Shown: positions 50,852-62,011, numbered from the stretch's first letter. The stretch: 64,000 bases of DNA from Alphaproteobacteria bacterium (GCA_050175015.1 JBFXJJ010000013.1:1-64000); one strand, 5' to 3'. The notes: generated by a model not told the origin, from the sequence alone. Numbers and translations: made by a program.

Positions 50852-51994
50852 ATGTTGAAGTCTTTCTTTAATGTTGTCATGGAAGTTTGGCAACAAGGTT
50901 TTTTAGGAATAGATATTGGTCGTATTGTTGTATCTATAATAATATTTTCATTGTTTTTTGCGCTTAGAAACAAAATAACCAATACTATTTTGTTTCATTC
51001 TGAAAGGGTTGTCAGAAAGATAGGTTCGGAAACGGCAGCGAAAATACTTGAAACCTTAAGAGCTCCTCTTCGTATGATACCTGTTATTTTAGGAACTTTT
51101 TTTGCGATAGATTATTTAAATCTTGATGATAACGGACTCAAAATTATTGCTGATAGAACAGTTAGAACTCTTATTTCTTGTAATATCTTTTGGGCATTTT
51201 ATGTATCGATAGCCCCAATTACCAAAATTTTTGATCCTTTAAAGAAGATTGTTACAGCAGAAGCGGTTGAATGGCTTATTAAAACAATTAAGTTTCTTGT
51301 AATCTTTTTTAATGTGGCAACAGTCTTGGAAATATGGGGTATTAATGTTGGGGCTTTAATTGCAGGTATAGGTCTTTTTGGTATAGCAGGTGCGCTTGGT
51401 GCTCAGGATTTAGTTAAGAATTTAATATCAGGTATTTTAATTATTGCAGAAAAAAGGTTTCGCATTGGAGATTGGATTTTGGTTGATGGTGTTGTTGAGG
51501 GGACAGTTGAACAAATAGGTTTTCGCTCTACGTTAGTTAGAAGATTCGACAAAGCTCCAGTTTTTGTTCCTAATGCTAGTTTAGCAGACACAGCTGTTAC
51601 TAATTTTAGTGAAATGACATATCGCAGAATATTTTTTCATATAGGGTTAGTTTATAGCACAAAAATTGAGCAGTTACAGAACGTTAGAGATAGAATCGAA
51701 GACTATATAACTAAAAATTCAGACTTTGTTCCATCTAAAGATGCTCCATTGTTTGTCAGAATTGATCGTTTTAATGATTCTTCAATCGATATAATGCTTT
51801 ACTGTTTTACTAAAACCAAAATTTGGGGAGATTGGCTTAAAATAAAGGAAGACTTAGCGTTAGAGATTAAAAAGATTGTAGAAGAAGAGAAAACATCTTT
51901 TGCTTTTCCAAGCCAGTCTGTTTATTTGGAAAATTTGCCAATCTTAGGAGAAAGACCTGAAATTTTTGTTCCACCAGCTAAAAAAAATAAATAA
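50852..51994 (+). CDS. MscS-family mechanosensitive channel
   Basis: ALGAQDLVKNLISG..FRIGDWI..GTVEQIGFRST..VPNA..N, FAFPSQ. Confidence 0.92.
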   Translation: MLKSFFNVVMEVWQQGFLGIDIGRIVVSIIIFSLFFALRNKITNTILFHSERVVRKIGSETAAKILETLRAPLRMIPVILGTFFAIDYLNLDDNGLKIIADRTVRTLISCNIFWAFYVSIAPITKIFDPLKKIVTAEAVEWLIKTIKFLVIFFNVATVLEIWGINVGALIAGIGLFGIAGALGAQDLVKNLISGILIIAEKRFRIGDWILVDGVVEGTVEQIGFRSTLVRRFDKAPVFVPNASLADTAVTNFSEMTYRRIFFHIGLVYSTKIEQLQNVRDRIEDYITKNSDFVPSKDAPLFVRIDRFNDSSIDIMLYCFTKTKIWGDWLKIKEDLALEIKKIVEEEKTSFAFPSQSVYLENLPILGERPEIFVPPAKKNK

Positions 51995-52032
51995 TTCAAA
52001 ATATTTTAAGTTAAAGGTATTTTGATACAAAA

Positions 52033-52065
52033 AAACAGCGGTCAGAGACCGCTGTTTCTTTTTTT
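52033..52065. terminator. Bidirectional intrinsic terminator
   Basis: AAACAGCGGTC-AGA-GACCGCTGTTT with A/T tails. Confidence 0.78.
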
Positions 52066-52097
52066 GAAGATGGAACAAATTATTCTTTTCATACTTG

Positions 52098-54311
52098 TTA
52101 GAATAATTTAAGCACGCTCTGAGCTGACTGTGAAGCCAGTGAAAGCGAGTTTGTACCAAGCTCCTGCCTGGTTTGAAGTGCAAGCATATTTGCTGCTTCT
52201 TCGTTCATATCGGCGATTGTCAATTTGTCTGCGCCGGCTGTTAAAGTATCGATTAAACCTTCTGAGAAATCTTCTCTCGTTTGAACAACTGTTAAGTTGT
52301 TACCAAAAACAGAAGCTTGAGATCTAAGAGTTTCAAGAGCACGCTCAACTTGTTCAAGCTGTTTTTGAATATCTTCATTAGTCTTCCACTTGTTTTCAGT
52401 TTCAGAAATTCCGAGTCCAACCGCATCAAGAGTTACACCTTTAATTTCAAGCTTACTTGTACGATTTGCGTTGAATATAACAGTTAAATCATCACCGTTA
52501 AGAAGGTTAACACCTTTATAACCCGTATCTTCGATTAACTCACTCATTTGCTGACGTAATAAGTCAAACTGTTCTGCATATTCGGCTCTAGCATTAGCGC
52601 CGGTTGTATCATTGGTTTCCACACCAAGAACTAAGGCAGACTCGCCGCCATTTACGTCAAAGATAGATAAATCGTTTCCGAGGTTATCGGTTATAACAAG
52701 TTTTTTATCAACGATAGATGCTGTGATATCAAGATTGGCAGCTGTAGCTGCAGCATTGATAGAATCAACCAAATCTTCAGCGGTTGTTACTTCTTGAGGT
52801 ATTGTTATTTCAAAATTATAAGTATCATATCCTAAAGTTGCTGCTAAGGTACTAGTGTTATTGGCAACGTTGACACCAGCTGTAGCGTCAGCGTTTGTTC
52901 CAAGTAAATCTGTAAGTGCCGTCTTTGAGGCCGCTCCTGAGCCGACAATAGCTAAGTCGTTTTTAATGTCGGTTCCACTTTGAGATATGGATAATTTGCC
53001 ATTAGTTGTGATTGATGCTGTAATATTATGAGCAGTATCTGAGATGGTTGAAACCAAATCGCCAACCGTCATAGCACCAGAAATGGTTGCCGTGTATGTA
53101 TCTGACATCAAGCCAAGACCAGAAACGATATTGCCGCCATTGTTGGTACCGCCGGTTATAACAATGGATTCTCCGCTGTCAGTTGTAATACTTAAATATA
53201 CATCTCCTGCGCTTTCCGTAACAGAAGCAGTAATTCCAGCAATAGAATTAAAAGCACTTGCAATATTGTCTAAAGTGATGCCTGTAGCGGTAGTTGCACT
53301 AGAGTTGGCAACGATTTCGATTGAAGCCGAAACGCCGCCTAACATATAGTTAATAGTTGCGCCACTGCCTGCATTTAAGGTCGTTACACCGTCAAGTGAA
53401 TTGAATGTTGTGTCCGCGGTTGCATCTTGAATAGTTTTTGCTATTTGATCGCTTCTTTCACCATTGCGGATAAAGAAAGTGTAAGCTGTACCATTAGCTA
53501 TAGAACCGCCAGTTATATCACTTAAAACGGTGCTGCCGCCGCTAGTTGGGCTTAAGTCAGCTAAACCTGTAACTTCACCAGCATAGTTGCTGTCTCTAAC
53601 AGTGATAAGAGAGTTATCGTTAGATTTTAAAACAAGATTTCCGTCTTCGTCAATGCTTGCCGTAACGTCAATGGTTTCGTTGCTGTTAATAGCAGACATA
53701 AAATCACCAACTGTAGCTGTGGCTGGGTCGACATCAAGTTTTATGGTCGCCATTTTATCGCCATTATCGCCATCTTTGGTATAGATTTCAAATTGGTAAG
53801 CGTTAAGATCAGTTGTTAAATCTTCGCTTAAAGAAGAAAGCAAAGTGTTTTCTGTTACAGCTCTGTTCATAACACTTTTAACTTCGGCTGAATCTTCCTT
53901 AGAAGAAATTACAAAAGTATCACCAGCTTCAATGCCTGTGATTTCTTTTATGTCATCATAGCCGTCTATTTTTAAAGTTCCACTAATTGTGCTATCGACA
54001 ATAGATGAATCTAGAGCGGTTGTTGTAAGTGACTTCGCTTGTTCTGCTAAATCGGTTAGAGCTTCAATACCTTGGTCTGCAGCTTTAAGAGTCTGGACAC
54101 CTTGTCCCATTGAATCCATAAGCGATTCAAGGTCGTTTGCTCTGTTATTAAGAGACGCCGCTGTAAAATAGTTATCAGGATTATCTAATGCTGAGTTTAC
54201 TTTTTTACCTGTAGCTAAGCGTTCTTGGGTAATATCGAAGAGATCATTAGTCTGCTGGAGACTTAATAGATTAGATCTCATACTTTCAGTTAAAGAGATT
54301 CTTGTTGACAT
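52098..54311 (-). CDS. Flagellin (alphaproteobacterial type, paralog 2)
   Basis: ISLTESMRSNLLSLQ..RLATGKKVNSALDNP; ADMNEEAANMLALQTRQELG..VLKLF. ATG at 54311 aligns with the paralog. Confidence 0.93.
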   Translation of the reverse strand: MSTRISLTESMRSNLLSLQQTNDLFDITQERLATGKKVNSALDNPDNYFTAASLNNRANDLESLMDSMGQGVQTLKAADQGIEALTDLAEQAKSLTTTALDSSIVDSTISGTLKIDGYDDIKEITGIEAGDTFVISSKEDSAEVKSVMNRAVTENTLLSSLSEDLTTDLNAYQFEIYTKDGDNGDKMATIKLDVDPATATVGDFMSAINSNETIDVTASIDEDGNLVLKSNDNSLITVRDSNYAGEVTGLADLSPTSGGSTVLSDITGGSIANGTAYTFFIRNGERSDQIAKTIQDATADTTFNSLDGVTTLNAGSGATINYMLGGVSASIEIVANSSATTATGITLDNIASAFNSIAGITASVTESAGDVYLSITTDSGESIVITGGTNNGGNIVSGLGLMSDTYTATISGAMTVGDLVSTISDTAHNITASITTNGKLSISQSGTDIKNDLAIVGSGAASKTALTDLLGTNADATAGVNVANNTSTLAATLGYDTYNFEITIPQEVTTAEDLVDSINAAATAANLDITASIVDKKLVITDNLGNDLSIFDVNGGESALVLGVETNDTTGANARAEYAEQFDLLRQQMSELIEDTGYKGVNLLNGDDLTVIFNANRTSKLEIKGVTLDAVGLGISETENKWKTNEDIQKQLEQVERALETLRSQASVFGNNLTVVQTREDFSEGLIDTLTAGADKLTIADMNEEAANMLALQTRQELGTNSLSLASQSAQSVLKLF

Positions 54312-54793
54312 TTTTCTGTTCCACTTCAAAAAAATTGTTCTTCAAACAAAAGACTCACGTCTTTATCTTCATAATTCCAGTATGTCTTATCTGTATTAAT
54401 AAAAAGTAAAAAAGGTTAATTTTTTTGGAAACACTCTAAAAAGAAAGAAATGTTAATCTAACAAATTGATTATTAAAGATTTTTTGTGGGGATGTTTTTT
54501 GCTGGAGACGGGATAAAAATACTAAAAAAAATTTTTTTTAGACAATAGTAAATTTAAGATTTTAGTTTTTCTTATTAATTTTAAGCTGGAAAAAAAGAAA
54601 AGTTGAAAACAAAAATATGCTCTAAGCTCTCAACATGAATAAGTATTTTTATTTAAAGTTTTTGGTTGAATTTTTTATATTAAATTAAAAATTTTAAATA
54701 TGATTATAAAAATATTACTCGATGGTTAAGCAATATGTTTTGATTATAAATTTTAAGAGAGCAGTAAAATAAAAGATTATGCTGTTATTGAAC

Positions 54794-54832
54794 AAAAAAA
54801 GAGGAGCAGAAAATTAATTCTGCTCCCTTTTT
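54794..54832 (-). terminator. Intrinsic terminator after upstream flagellin
   Basis: GGAGCAGAA..TTCTGCTCC stem with T tail on the minus strand. Confidence 0.72.
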
Positions 54833-54879
54833 GATAACTGATATTAAAAGGTTTAAGCCTTTTAAATATCTTAGCTTGA

Positions 54880-57069
54880 TTAGAATAAGCTGAGAACGCT
54901 CTGTGATGACTGTGAAGCCAATGACAAAGAATTCGTACCTAATTGCTGTCTGGTTTGAAGAGCAAGCATGTTAGCTGCTTCTTCGTTCATATCAGCCAAG
55001 GTCAACTTATCTGCACCTGCCGTTAACGTGTCAATCATACCTTGAGTAAAGTCTTCACGGGTTTGCACAACCGCTAAGTTATTACCGAAAGTTGAAGCTT
55101 GTGAACGTAAGGTTTCTAAAGCTGCTTCTACTTGTTCAAGCTGAGCATTGATGTCGTCATTGGTCTTCCAGCTGTTCTCTGTTGCTTGGATTCCAAGACC
55201 AGTCGCATCTAATGTTACGCCCTTAATTTCAAGTTTACTGGTACGGGATTCATTAAAGATAACCGTTAAGTCGTCACCTTTAAGAAGGTTTACACCTTTG
55301 TAACCTGTATCTTGAACGAGTTCGTTCATTTGAGTACGTAAGTCATCAAACTGCTGAGCATATTCAGCACGAGCATTGGTACCTGTGGTATCATTTTTAG
55401 CAATACCAAGAACATCTGCAGTCTCGCCGCCATTTACGTCAAAGATTGATAAGTCGTTTCCGAGGTTATCGGTAATAACAAGTTTTTTATCAACGATTGA
55501 AGCGGTAATGTCGAGGTTTGCTGCGGTTGCTGCGGTATTAATAGCAGTAACAAGTTCATCTGCGGTTTGAGCTGCTGTTGGCATAGTGATTTCAATATTG
55601 TAATCATCATAACCAAAAGTGCTTGCCATCGTAGACGTGCCTTTGCTTTCGTCAACACCAGCTGTTGCACCAGCGGTATCGCCAAACAAGGCATCAACTG
55701 CGGCTTTACCACCAGCTGCGCCACCAACGATAGTTAAGTCTTTTTCAACGCCGTCTTGTGAAACAACAAGTTTACCATTGGTAGAAATGCTTGCGGTTAC
55801 GCCATTAGCTGTATTAGTAAGAGCTGTTGCTAAAGAACCTGCTGTCATTCCACCTGTAATGGTTGCTGAGAAGACGTCGTCTTTTAAGCCAAGACCTGCA
55901 ATAATACTTGCACCATTGGTAGTGCCACCAGTTATAACTACAGAATCACCATTGGTGTCGGTAATGCTTAAGAATACATCACTTCCTGTTTGGGTAACAG
56001 TTGCGGTAATACCGGCAACACTATTAAATGCAGAAGCAATATTCTGAAGGGTGATACCTGATGCTGTAGTTGCAGCAGAAGTGCCAACTATATCGAGTGT
56101 TGCAGAAGTGCCGCCCAACATATAGTTGATAGTTGCAGTAGCCCCAGCCAAAGCCGTAACACCACTTAAAGAGTTGAATGTTGTACCTGCGGTTGCATCT
56201 GCAATTGTAGATGTTACGACAGCATTATCTTCAGCGTTACGTACATATACGGTATAACTTGAACCAGCAGCAACGGTACCATCGGTGCTGTCATCAAGGG
56301 TGCCAGTTGAAAGGTCAACGGTTCCTTGAGCTCTACCTGCATAGTCAGCATCTCTGATAGTTACAATAGAGTTATCGTCAGAAGATAAAACTAAGTTACC
56401 TTCATCATCGAGGGCAGCTGTAACATCAACAGATGTGCTGTTGTTGATGGCGTCCATTAAGTCGCCAACTGTTGCTGTTGCTAAGTCTTTATCAATGCTG
56501 ATAACGGCTGATTTGTCGCCATTATCTCCGCCTCTGGTAACGATTTCAAACTGATAAGAGTTTGGATCGGTTCCAAGGCTGTCACTTAATGTTGAAAGTA
56601 ATGTGTCTTTAGAAACTGCACGATTCATATTACTTTCGACTTTTTCACCGTCTTCTTTTGAAGAAATAACAAACTTATCACCAGCGGTGATGCCTGTAAC
56701 TTCTTTAATATCGGTGTAGTCTTCAATCTTTAAAGTACCGCTTACTTTGCTATCAATAATAGAAGCATCAAGAGCGGTTGTTGTTAAGGATTGAGCTTGT
56801 TCAACTAAAGATGTTAAAGTTTCAATACCTTGGTCAGCAGCCTTAAGGGTTTGAACACCTTGACCCATTGAGTCCATAAGAGAGTCTAAATCGTTAGCTC
56901 TGTTATTAAGTGATGCTGCGGTAAAGTAACTGTTTGGATTATCAAGAGCTGAGTTAACCTTGTTACCTGTTGATAAACGTTCTTGAACACTGTTGAATAA
57001 CTCCTGAGTGTATTGCAAACTCTGAAGGTTAGATCTCATACTCGCTGTTAGGGAAATTCCACCTGACAT
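54880..57069 (-). CDS. Flagellin (alphaproteobacterial type, paralog 1)
   Basis: ISLTASMRSNLQSLQ..RLSTGNKVNSALDNP; C-terminal flagellin domain ending VLSLF; GGAG RBS. Confidence 0.94.
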   Translation of the reverse strand: MSGGISLTASMRSNLQSLQYTQELFNSVQERLSTGNKVNSALDNPNSYFTAASLNNRANDLDSLMDSMGQGVQTLKAADQGIETLTSLVEQAQSLTTTALDASIIDSKVSGTLKIEDYTDIKEVTGITAGDKFVISSKEDGEKVESNMNRAVSKDTLLSTLSDSLGTDPNSYQFEIVTRGGDNGDKSAVISIDKDLATATVGDLMDAINNSTSVDVTAALDDEGNLVLSSDDNSIVTIRDADYAGRAQGTVDLSTGTLDDSTDGTVAAGSSYTVYVRNAEDNAVVTSTIADATAGTTFNSLSGVTALAGATATINYMLGGTSATLDIVGTSAATTASGITLQNIASAFNSVAGITATVTQTGSDVFLSITDTNGDSVVITGGTTNGASIIAGLGLKDDVFSATITGGMTAGSLATALTNTANGVTASISTNGKLVVSQDGVEKDLTIVGGAAGGKAAVDALFGDTAGATAGVDESKGTSTMASTFGYDDYNIEITMPTAAQTADELVTAINTAATAANLDITASIVDKKLVITDNLGNDLSIFDVNGGETADVLGIAKNDTTGTNARAEYAQQFDDLRTQMNELVQDTGYKGVNLLKGDDLTVIFNESRTSKLEIKGVTLDATGLGIQATENSWKTNDDINAQLEQVEAALETLRSQASTFGNNLAVVQTREDFTQGMIDTLTAGADKLTLADMNEEAANMLALQTRQQLGTNSLSLASQSSQSVLSLF

Positions 57070-57346
57070 TTTTCTTCTCCATTTCTATGGGTTAAATTCT
57101 AAAATAATGGCTCGTTTTTCTAAGCCATTTAAGAAACATAGCACAATATTAGCTACAAGACAAGCTAAAAATATCTTTCGGTGATGTAAATAATGCATTG
57201 ATATATAATAATATTTTTTTAAAAAAACTATAAAATTTTATGCTTTTCATAATTTAAATAAAGAAAACAATAATCTAAATTATATGTCACAATAAAAGTA
57301 AATTAAGATTCATTACCAATTTTTTTGTTTAATATTCATCTTTTTT

Positions 57347-60300
57347 TTACTTTTTTAAATTTTTTAAAAATATATCAAGCTGAGGCTTTATATAATCTGA
57401 CACTAGCTGAGAGTAGGTTGATTCTGCTGGCTTTTGGAATGTAAACCTTGATTTAGAGTATAAAGGCGTATTAGAAAACGTTGGGACTTGATTGTTAACG
57501 TATGCCGTTACGCTCCACGTTGGGATTCCTAGGCCATTAGCAATAGAATCGACAGCTGTTTGGGCAGAAATCACAAGATCGAGATTTGACATCAGAGATG
57601 CGACTCTATCAATTTCGTTTTTTTGATTTATGCCTTCCGGGTTGTAGATTGTGACGCCGTATTTGTCTTTTATGAGGTCAAGTTCTTCCTGACAATCATC
57701 ATATTGTAAGTTAACAAAGTCGACGTTATCATTTTTAAATAGTTCGGCATAGTCTTCAATTGTTCCATAAAGCACACTTCTATATGATTTAAGAAGTCCA
57801 CTTCGCCAACATATTCCAACTTTTGGTTTTGAACTGATACTTTCTAACTTTTCTTTCCAGTTTTGTTTTTCAACTTCGTCTGGAATTAGGTAAGGCTCGT
57901 AGTTATTAAGTCGGTTAAATTTTTTATAATGAATATAGCGGATACTGGCTGCTGGACAATGAATATCAAAGTCTCTTCGATAAATGTCCTTAGATAGGTC
58001 TAAAGGCTGAGCCATAACAGCAGCTTCAGGAAAAGAGCGTTTAAATAATGAAACAAGACGTGGTTCTACTTCAAGAATACAAGCCTTGGCAGCTTTAATA
58101 GCTTCGTTATAATAAACCGCAAAATAGATTTCGTCTCCAATACCTTGTTCACGCCAAACAAGAAGCTTTTTGTCAGAGATATCTTCGCCATTCCATTGGG
58201 GGACTCCAAATGTTCGATAAGGTTGTCTTGCTTTAGTTCCTAGTCCTGCTTCATAATATTTAAGACCTTCTGCCATAGAATCTTCATAATAAATAAGCTT
58301 CGTTGCCATATTCCATTGAGCTTTTATATCAGCAGAATTTTGGTTGTGAGCTTGTTTTAACAAGGCTTTGCCTTTATCAATATTACCAGAATAAAAATAA
58401 GGTGTTGCCAGATTAACTAAGGTTTCGTAATGATTAGGATTAAGTTCTAAGCACTTTGTAAGCAATGCTTGGACATCATCAATCCTTCCAGCCTCAGTTA
58501 AAATAGCGGAAACATCATGGTAATACTTGCAGTCTTTAGCTCCAGAATTGATAATTTTGGTTATATAAGGTCCTAGTTCTTCAAAACGTCCTTTTTCAGC
58601 ATATAAGACGGCTATTTCTGATATTGCTGTAATATTGTCAGGGTAATTTTTAAGGACTCGCTTTAGATAATCTTCTTGTTTTTCAAAGTCTCGCTCTTCT
58701 TTTGCTATACTGGCATAAAGAAGAAGGCTTTCTGGCTGGTCTTTGCTGTAACTGAGAATAACATCTAAAATAATTTTGGCATCTTTAAATTCATTGCCAT
58801 TTTTAAGAACTGAAGCTTTTTGATAAAGCTGGCTTATAGTGTTTGGCTTATCTAATTCCAGCCGTTTTCTATTAGCGGTAATAATAAAACCTCTAAAACG
58901 CGGATCTTCTTCAATTTTTTTAGCTAGAACGGTTGTAACAAAATTTTTGGAAGGCTTTGATGTGTGGCTAAGCAATATCGTAACGTTTTCAGGGTAAAGT
59001 TGTTTAAGCTTAGCTAAATCATCATTTGATAAATTACTCTTTTTGATAATCAAAGTTTCAACACCAAGAGCTGCTGCAAATTCTGCTATAGGATTATCTG
59101 TTGTAATTATTAAATCTAAGTTGGTTAAAATTGAACTGCATTCTTCCAAATCGTCCATAATATTTATATCTAGTTTATGGATATCTTTTAAATCGTTTTT
59201 TGACAGGTTTATAAAAGTTAAACCTTCAATTTTTAGCAGGTCTTCTAAATTGTCATAATTAAACCTAGTGAAGTTATCACAATCTTCATAATAAATGCCG
59301 ATTTTGGGCTGCTTATTTATTTTTGTGAAATTCTTTTTCCAGTAATAAGCCTTTTTTGACGACGGCTTTATAAATTTATTTCTAAATGAGATGCTTTTTT
59401 CTTTTTGATAAAAAATATTTATAAGATTGTCGGCATTAATTTTTACATCAGCTTTAATATTTGAGGCTTCATAGGACGTAACAAACTCAGCTTTTGTAAA
59501 ATTTAGTTCAAACACAGAAAGAAGCTCAGGTGAGCATTCAATAATGCATTTTTTTGAACTCCTGATAACAAAATTATAAAAATTAGAAGCTTTTATCTCA
59601 TCACCTAAATTAAAGGATTTTGAAACATAGATTGTTTGATTGGAAATGTCTTCTCCCTGCCACAAGGGTAAATCTATATTATCATCGTCAAAGAAGACAG
59701 TTTCGCTGAAATAGTTATCGTTTTCACTTGCTAAGAAATTTATTCTTGCAGCTAAGCGGCTTAGCTTATGTCCTGATTTGTTTTTTGATGTGAAATTTTG
59801 GTAAATGGTTTGGGCAGCGCCAGCTTTTCCAAATAAAAGAAGGATTTCTATATAAGAAATTACTACATCTTCATTATCAGGTGATTTTTGATAACAATCT
59901 TTGGCGATATTAAATGCTGCGGTCCATTTTTCTTCAGCTAAGTTTTTTTCAATGTCATCTAAAAGATAAGAACTAGAAGCTTCTTGGACACTATCGCGGT
60001 TTGTTTCATCTTTTAATGCCGATTTTTCTTCGTTTTCTTGATTGTCTTCTGGCAAAATCTCAGCAAGATATTTTAAATAAGGTTTTATATCTTTTTTACT
60101 ATTATTGACGGTGATGCTTTGAAGATATTGTTTTGCTTGAATATAGTCTTTTTTATAGAAAGCTATTTTTCCAAGAAATGAAGTTGCCTCAATAAAATTA
60201 GGAAAATTTTCTAGAAAAGCTTTTAATAAATATTCGGCATCATCAATATTTAATAGAGACGCTTCGTTATGAATGTTCTTATAAATATCAAGAGTCGTGA

Positions 60301-62011
60301 GTTTGTTATTTAGAAGTAGTTTTTTTGCTTTTTCTTCAAGTTCTTTAGCTGGCAAAGGCTCAATTATAGGCGTTTTTTTATTTTCAAAACCAGCCGCTAA
60401 TTTTTTCTGAAAAGCAGGAAACAGACGTTCTTTTATTACACTTTCCCAAGTTTCGTTTTGGTGTTTTATGAAGCGCTTAACATTAGGTAAGTCTAAGGGA
60501 AGGCGCTCTTTATTATCATTATCATCATATCCAATTTCAAGGAGCCAAGTTTCGATTCCTAAACTAGAAGATAATAATGACGAGCCACTTCTTATTGATA
60601 TTACTAAGTCAAAATTTGTTAATAATGATAAGGCTTCGTCAAAAGGATCGTCTAAGTCGTTTTTAGATGCAGTGATAGTTTTAATTTTTATGCCGTATTT
60701 TGCTTCTAAAAGAGCGGTTTCGGCAAAACTGTCATCTTGTTGTAAATTAATAAAAAAGACATCATCTTTTATATCGGCAAAAGACGCAAAATCTAAAATA
60801 TCAATAACGCCGCTTTGATAAAGATTGCTGCTATTGGCATTTCTCCAGCAAATACCGATTTTAGGTTTTTCTTGGTCTGCTTTTTTAAGAGATATCTCCC
60901 AATCTTTGGCTTTAATCAGGTTGGGAAGCATATAACTTTTAGGAAAATCAATTTTCTGCTTTTTATTAAACATGATTTTATTTAGAGATCCAAAAGGACA
61001 TTGATAGTCAATGCCTGTTAACTCTGATGCATCACTAATAATTTCTGCTTTTTTGAAAGAGCGTTTAAAAACACGATGTAAAAGCTCATCAGATTCAATA
61101 AATACCTTCTTAGCAGATGCGGTTATTTCTGGGATATTTCCAGAAAATAATACCGTTTCATCTATTCCTTGTTCGTTCAAGATTACAATGGTTTTTCCAG
61201 CTAAATCTTCACCATTCCAAACTTTTACATTATGAATAAACTTAGGGTTTCTAAATTTTGTGTTTAACCCCTGTTCGTATAATTCAAAACCTCGTGCTAA
61301 GTCTTGTCCGTTTTGAAGCAAATGCCTAGATAAAAACCAAGCAGCTTCGTCTTTTAGCTCGCCATTTGATGATGCCAAATTTTCTAGTATTTTTACTGCT
61401 TTTTCATTTTCTCCAACAGCTTCGTAACATTTTGCTAAAGTAATTTCGAGTGCTTTTTTTTGTTGGTTAGATGCTATAAGGTTATTAATAATAGCGATGG
61501 CTTCGTGATTTTTTCCCATATATGCTAAATCTGAAGCATAATCATTTAAAATAGAAGGATTGTTCTTTTCAATTTTTAAGAGGTTTTCATAGACGCTAAT
61601 AACTTTGTTCCAAAGCATCATATTTTTAGCAACAAAAATAAGGTCTCTCTGAGCTTTTAAGAAATAAGGGTTTATGGCTACGGTTTTTTCAAGATACTTT
61701 AAAGCTTGGTCGTGCTCTCCTTTTAACCAGCAGGTACAGCCTATTTTATGAAGACCAATATAGTTATTAGGTTCATATCGAATAATGTCAAAAAAGCAAT
61801 TATATGCATTCTTAAAATCACCCTTATCAAAAAAATCGCTGCCTCTTTTTAAAAGACTTGTAACAATAGGGTTTTCTTTTTTTTCTTCAAATTCAATATT
61901 GGTAGCTAGATTTAGCACTAAAGAAGTTTTTTTTGTTTCAACCGTATTATCATTTGGAGTTTCATTTGTTTTAGTATCTAAAATCTTCTGTCTATGTATT
62001 CTTCTAACCAT
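57347..62011 (-). CDS. Triple TPR + GT-B glycosyltransferase (FlmG/FlbA-like), candidate flagellin glycosyltransferase
   Basis: Three repeats of TPR-WxGED-(EQGIGD-like)-PKIGI(C)W-F(I/V)NLQ-DLVIS-LGIxTW; adjacent to and co-oriented with the flagellins. Confidence 0.78.
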   Translation of the reverse strand: MVRRIHRQKILDTKTNETPNDNTVETKKTSLVLNLATNIEFEEKKENPIVTSLLKRGSDFFDKGDFKNAYNCFFDIIRYEPNNYIGLHKIGCTCWLKGEHDQALKYLEKTVAINPYFLKAQRDLIFVAKNMMLWNKVISVYENLLKIEKNNPSILNDYASDLAYMGKNHEAIAIINNLIASNQQKKALEITLAKCYEAVGENEKAVKILENLASSNGELKDEAAWFLSRHLLQNGQDLARGFELYEQGLNTKFRNPKFIHNVKVWNGEDLAGKTIVILNEQGIDETVLFSGNIPEITASAKKVFIESDELLHRVFKRSFKKAEIISDASELTGIDYQCPFGSLNKIMFNKKQKIDFPKSYMLPNLIKAKDWEISLKKADQEKPKIGICWRNANSSNLYQSGVIDILDFASFADIKDDVFFINLQQDDSFAETALLEAKYGIKIKTITASKNDLDDPFDEALSLLTNFDLVISIRSGSSLLSSSLGIETWLLEIGYDDNDNKERLPLDLPNVKRFIKHQNETWESVIKERLFPAFQKKLAAGFENKKTPIIEPLPAKELEEKAKKLLLNNKLTTLDIYKNIHNEASLLNIDDAEYLLKAFLENFPNFIEATSFLGKIAFYKKDYIQAKQYLQSITVNNSKKDIKPYLKYLAEILPEDNQENEEKSALKDETNRDSVQEASSSYLLDDIEKNLAEEKWTAAFNIAKDCYQKSPDNEDVVISYIEILLLFGKAGAAQTIYQNFTSKNKSGHKLSRLAARINFLASENDNYFSETVFFDDDNIDLPLWQGEDISNQTIYVSKSFNLGDEIKASNFYNFVIRSSKKCIIECSPELLSVFELNFTKAEFVTSYEASNIKADVKINADNLINIFYQKEKSISFRNKFIKPSSKKAYYWKKNFTKINKQPKIGIYYEDCDNFTRFNYDNLEDLLKIEGLTFINLSKNDLKDIHKLDINIMDDLEECSSILTNLDLIITTDNPIAEFAAALGVETLIIKKSNLSNDDLAKLKQLYPENVTILLSHTSKPSKNFVTTVLAKKIEEDPRFRGFIITANRKRLELDKPNTISQLYQKASVLKNGNEFKDAKIILDVILSYSKDQPESLLLYASIAKEERDFEKQEDYLKRVLKNYPDNITAISEIAVLYAEKGRFEELGPYITKIINSGAKDCKYYHDVSAILTEAGRIDDVQALLTKCLELNPNHYETLVNLATPYFYSGNIDKGKALLKQAHNQNSADIKAQWNMATKLIYYEDSMAEGLKYYEAGLGTKARQPYRTFGVPQWNGEDISDKKLLVWREQGIGDEIYFAVYYNEAIKAAKACILEVEPRLVSLFKRSFPEAAVMAQPLDLSKDIYRRDFDIHCPAASIRYIHYKKFNRLNNYEPYLIPDEVEKQNWKEKLESISSKPKVGICWRSGLLKSYRSVLYGTIEDYAELFKNDNVDFVNLQYDDCQEELDLIKDKYGVTIYNPEGINQKNEIDRVASLMSNLDLVISAQTAVDSIANGLGIPTWSVTAYVNNQVPTFSNTPLYSKSRFTFQKPAESTYSQLVSDYIKPQLDIFLKNLKK

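Noticed and set aside
54330-54780. CtrA-like TTAA-N7-TTAA boxes upstream of flagellin
   Set aside because: Only imperfect matches in extremely AT-rich DNA, not distinguishable from chance.
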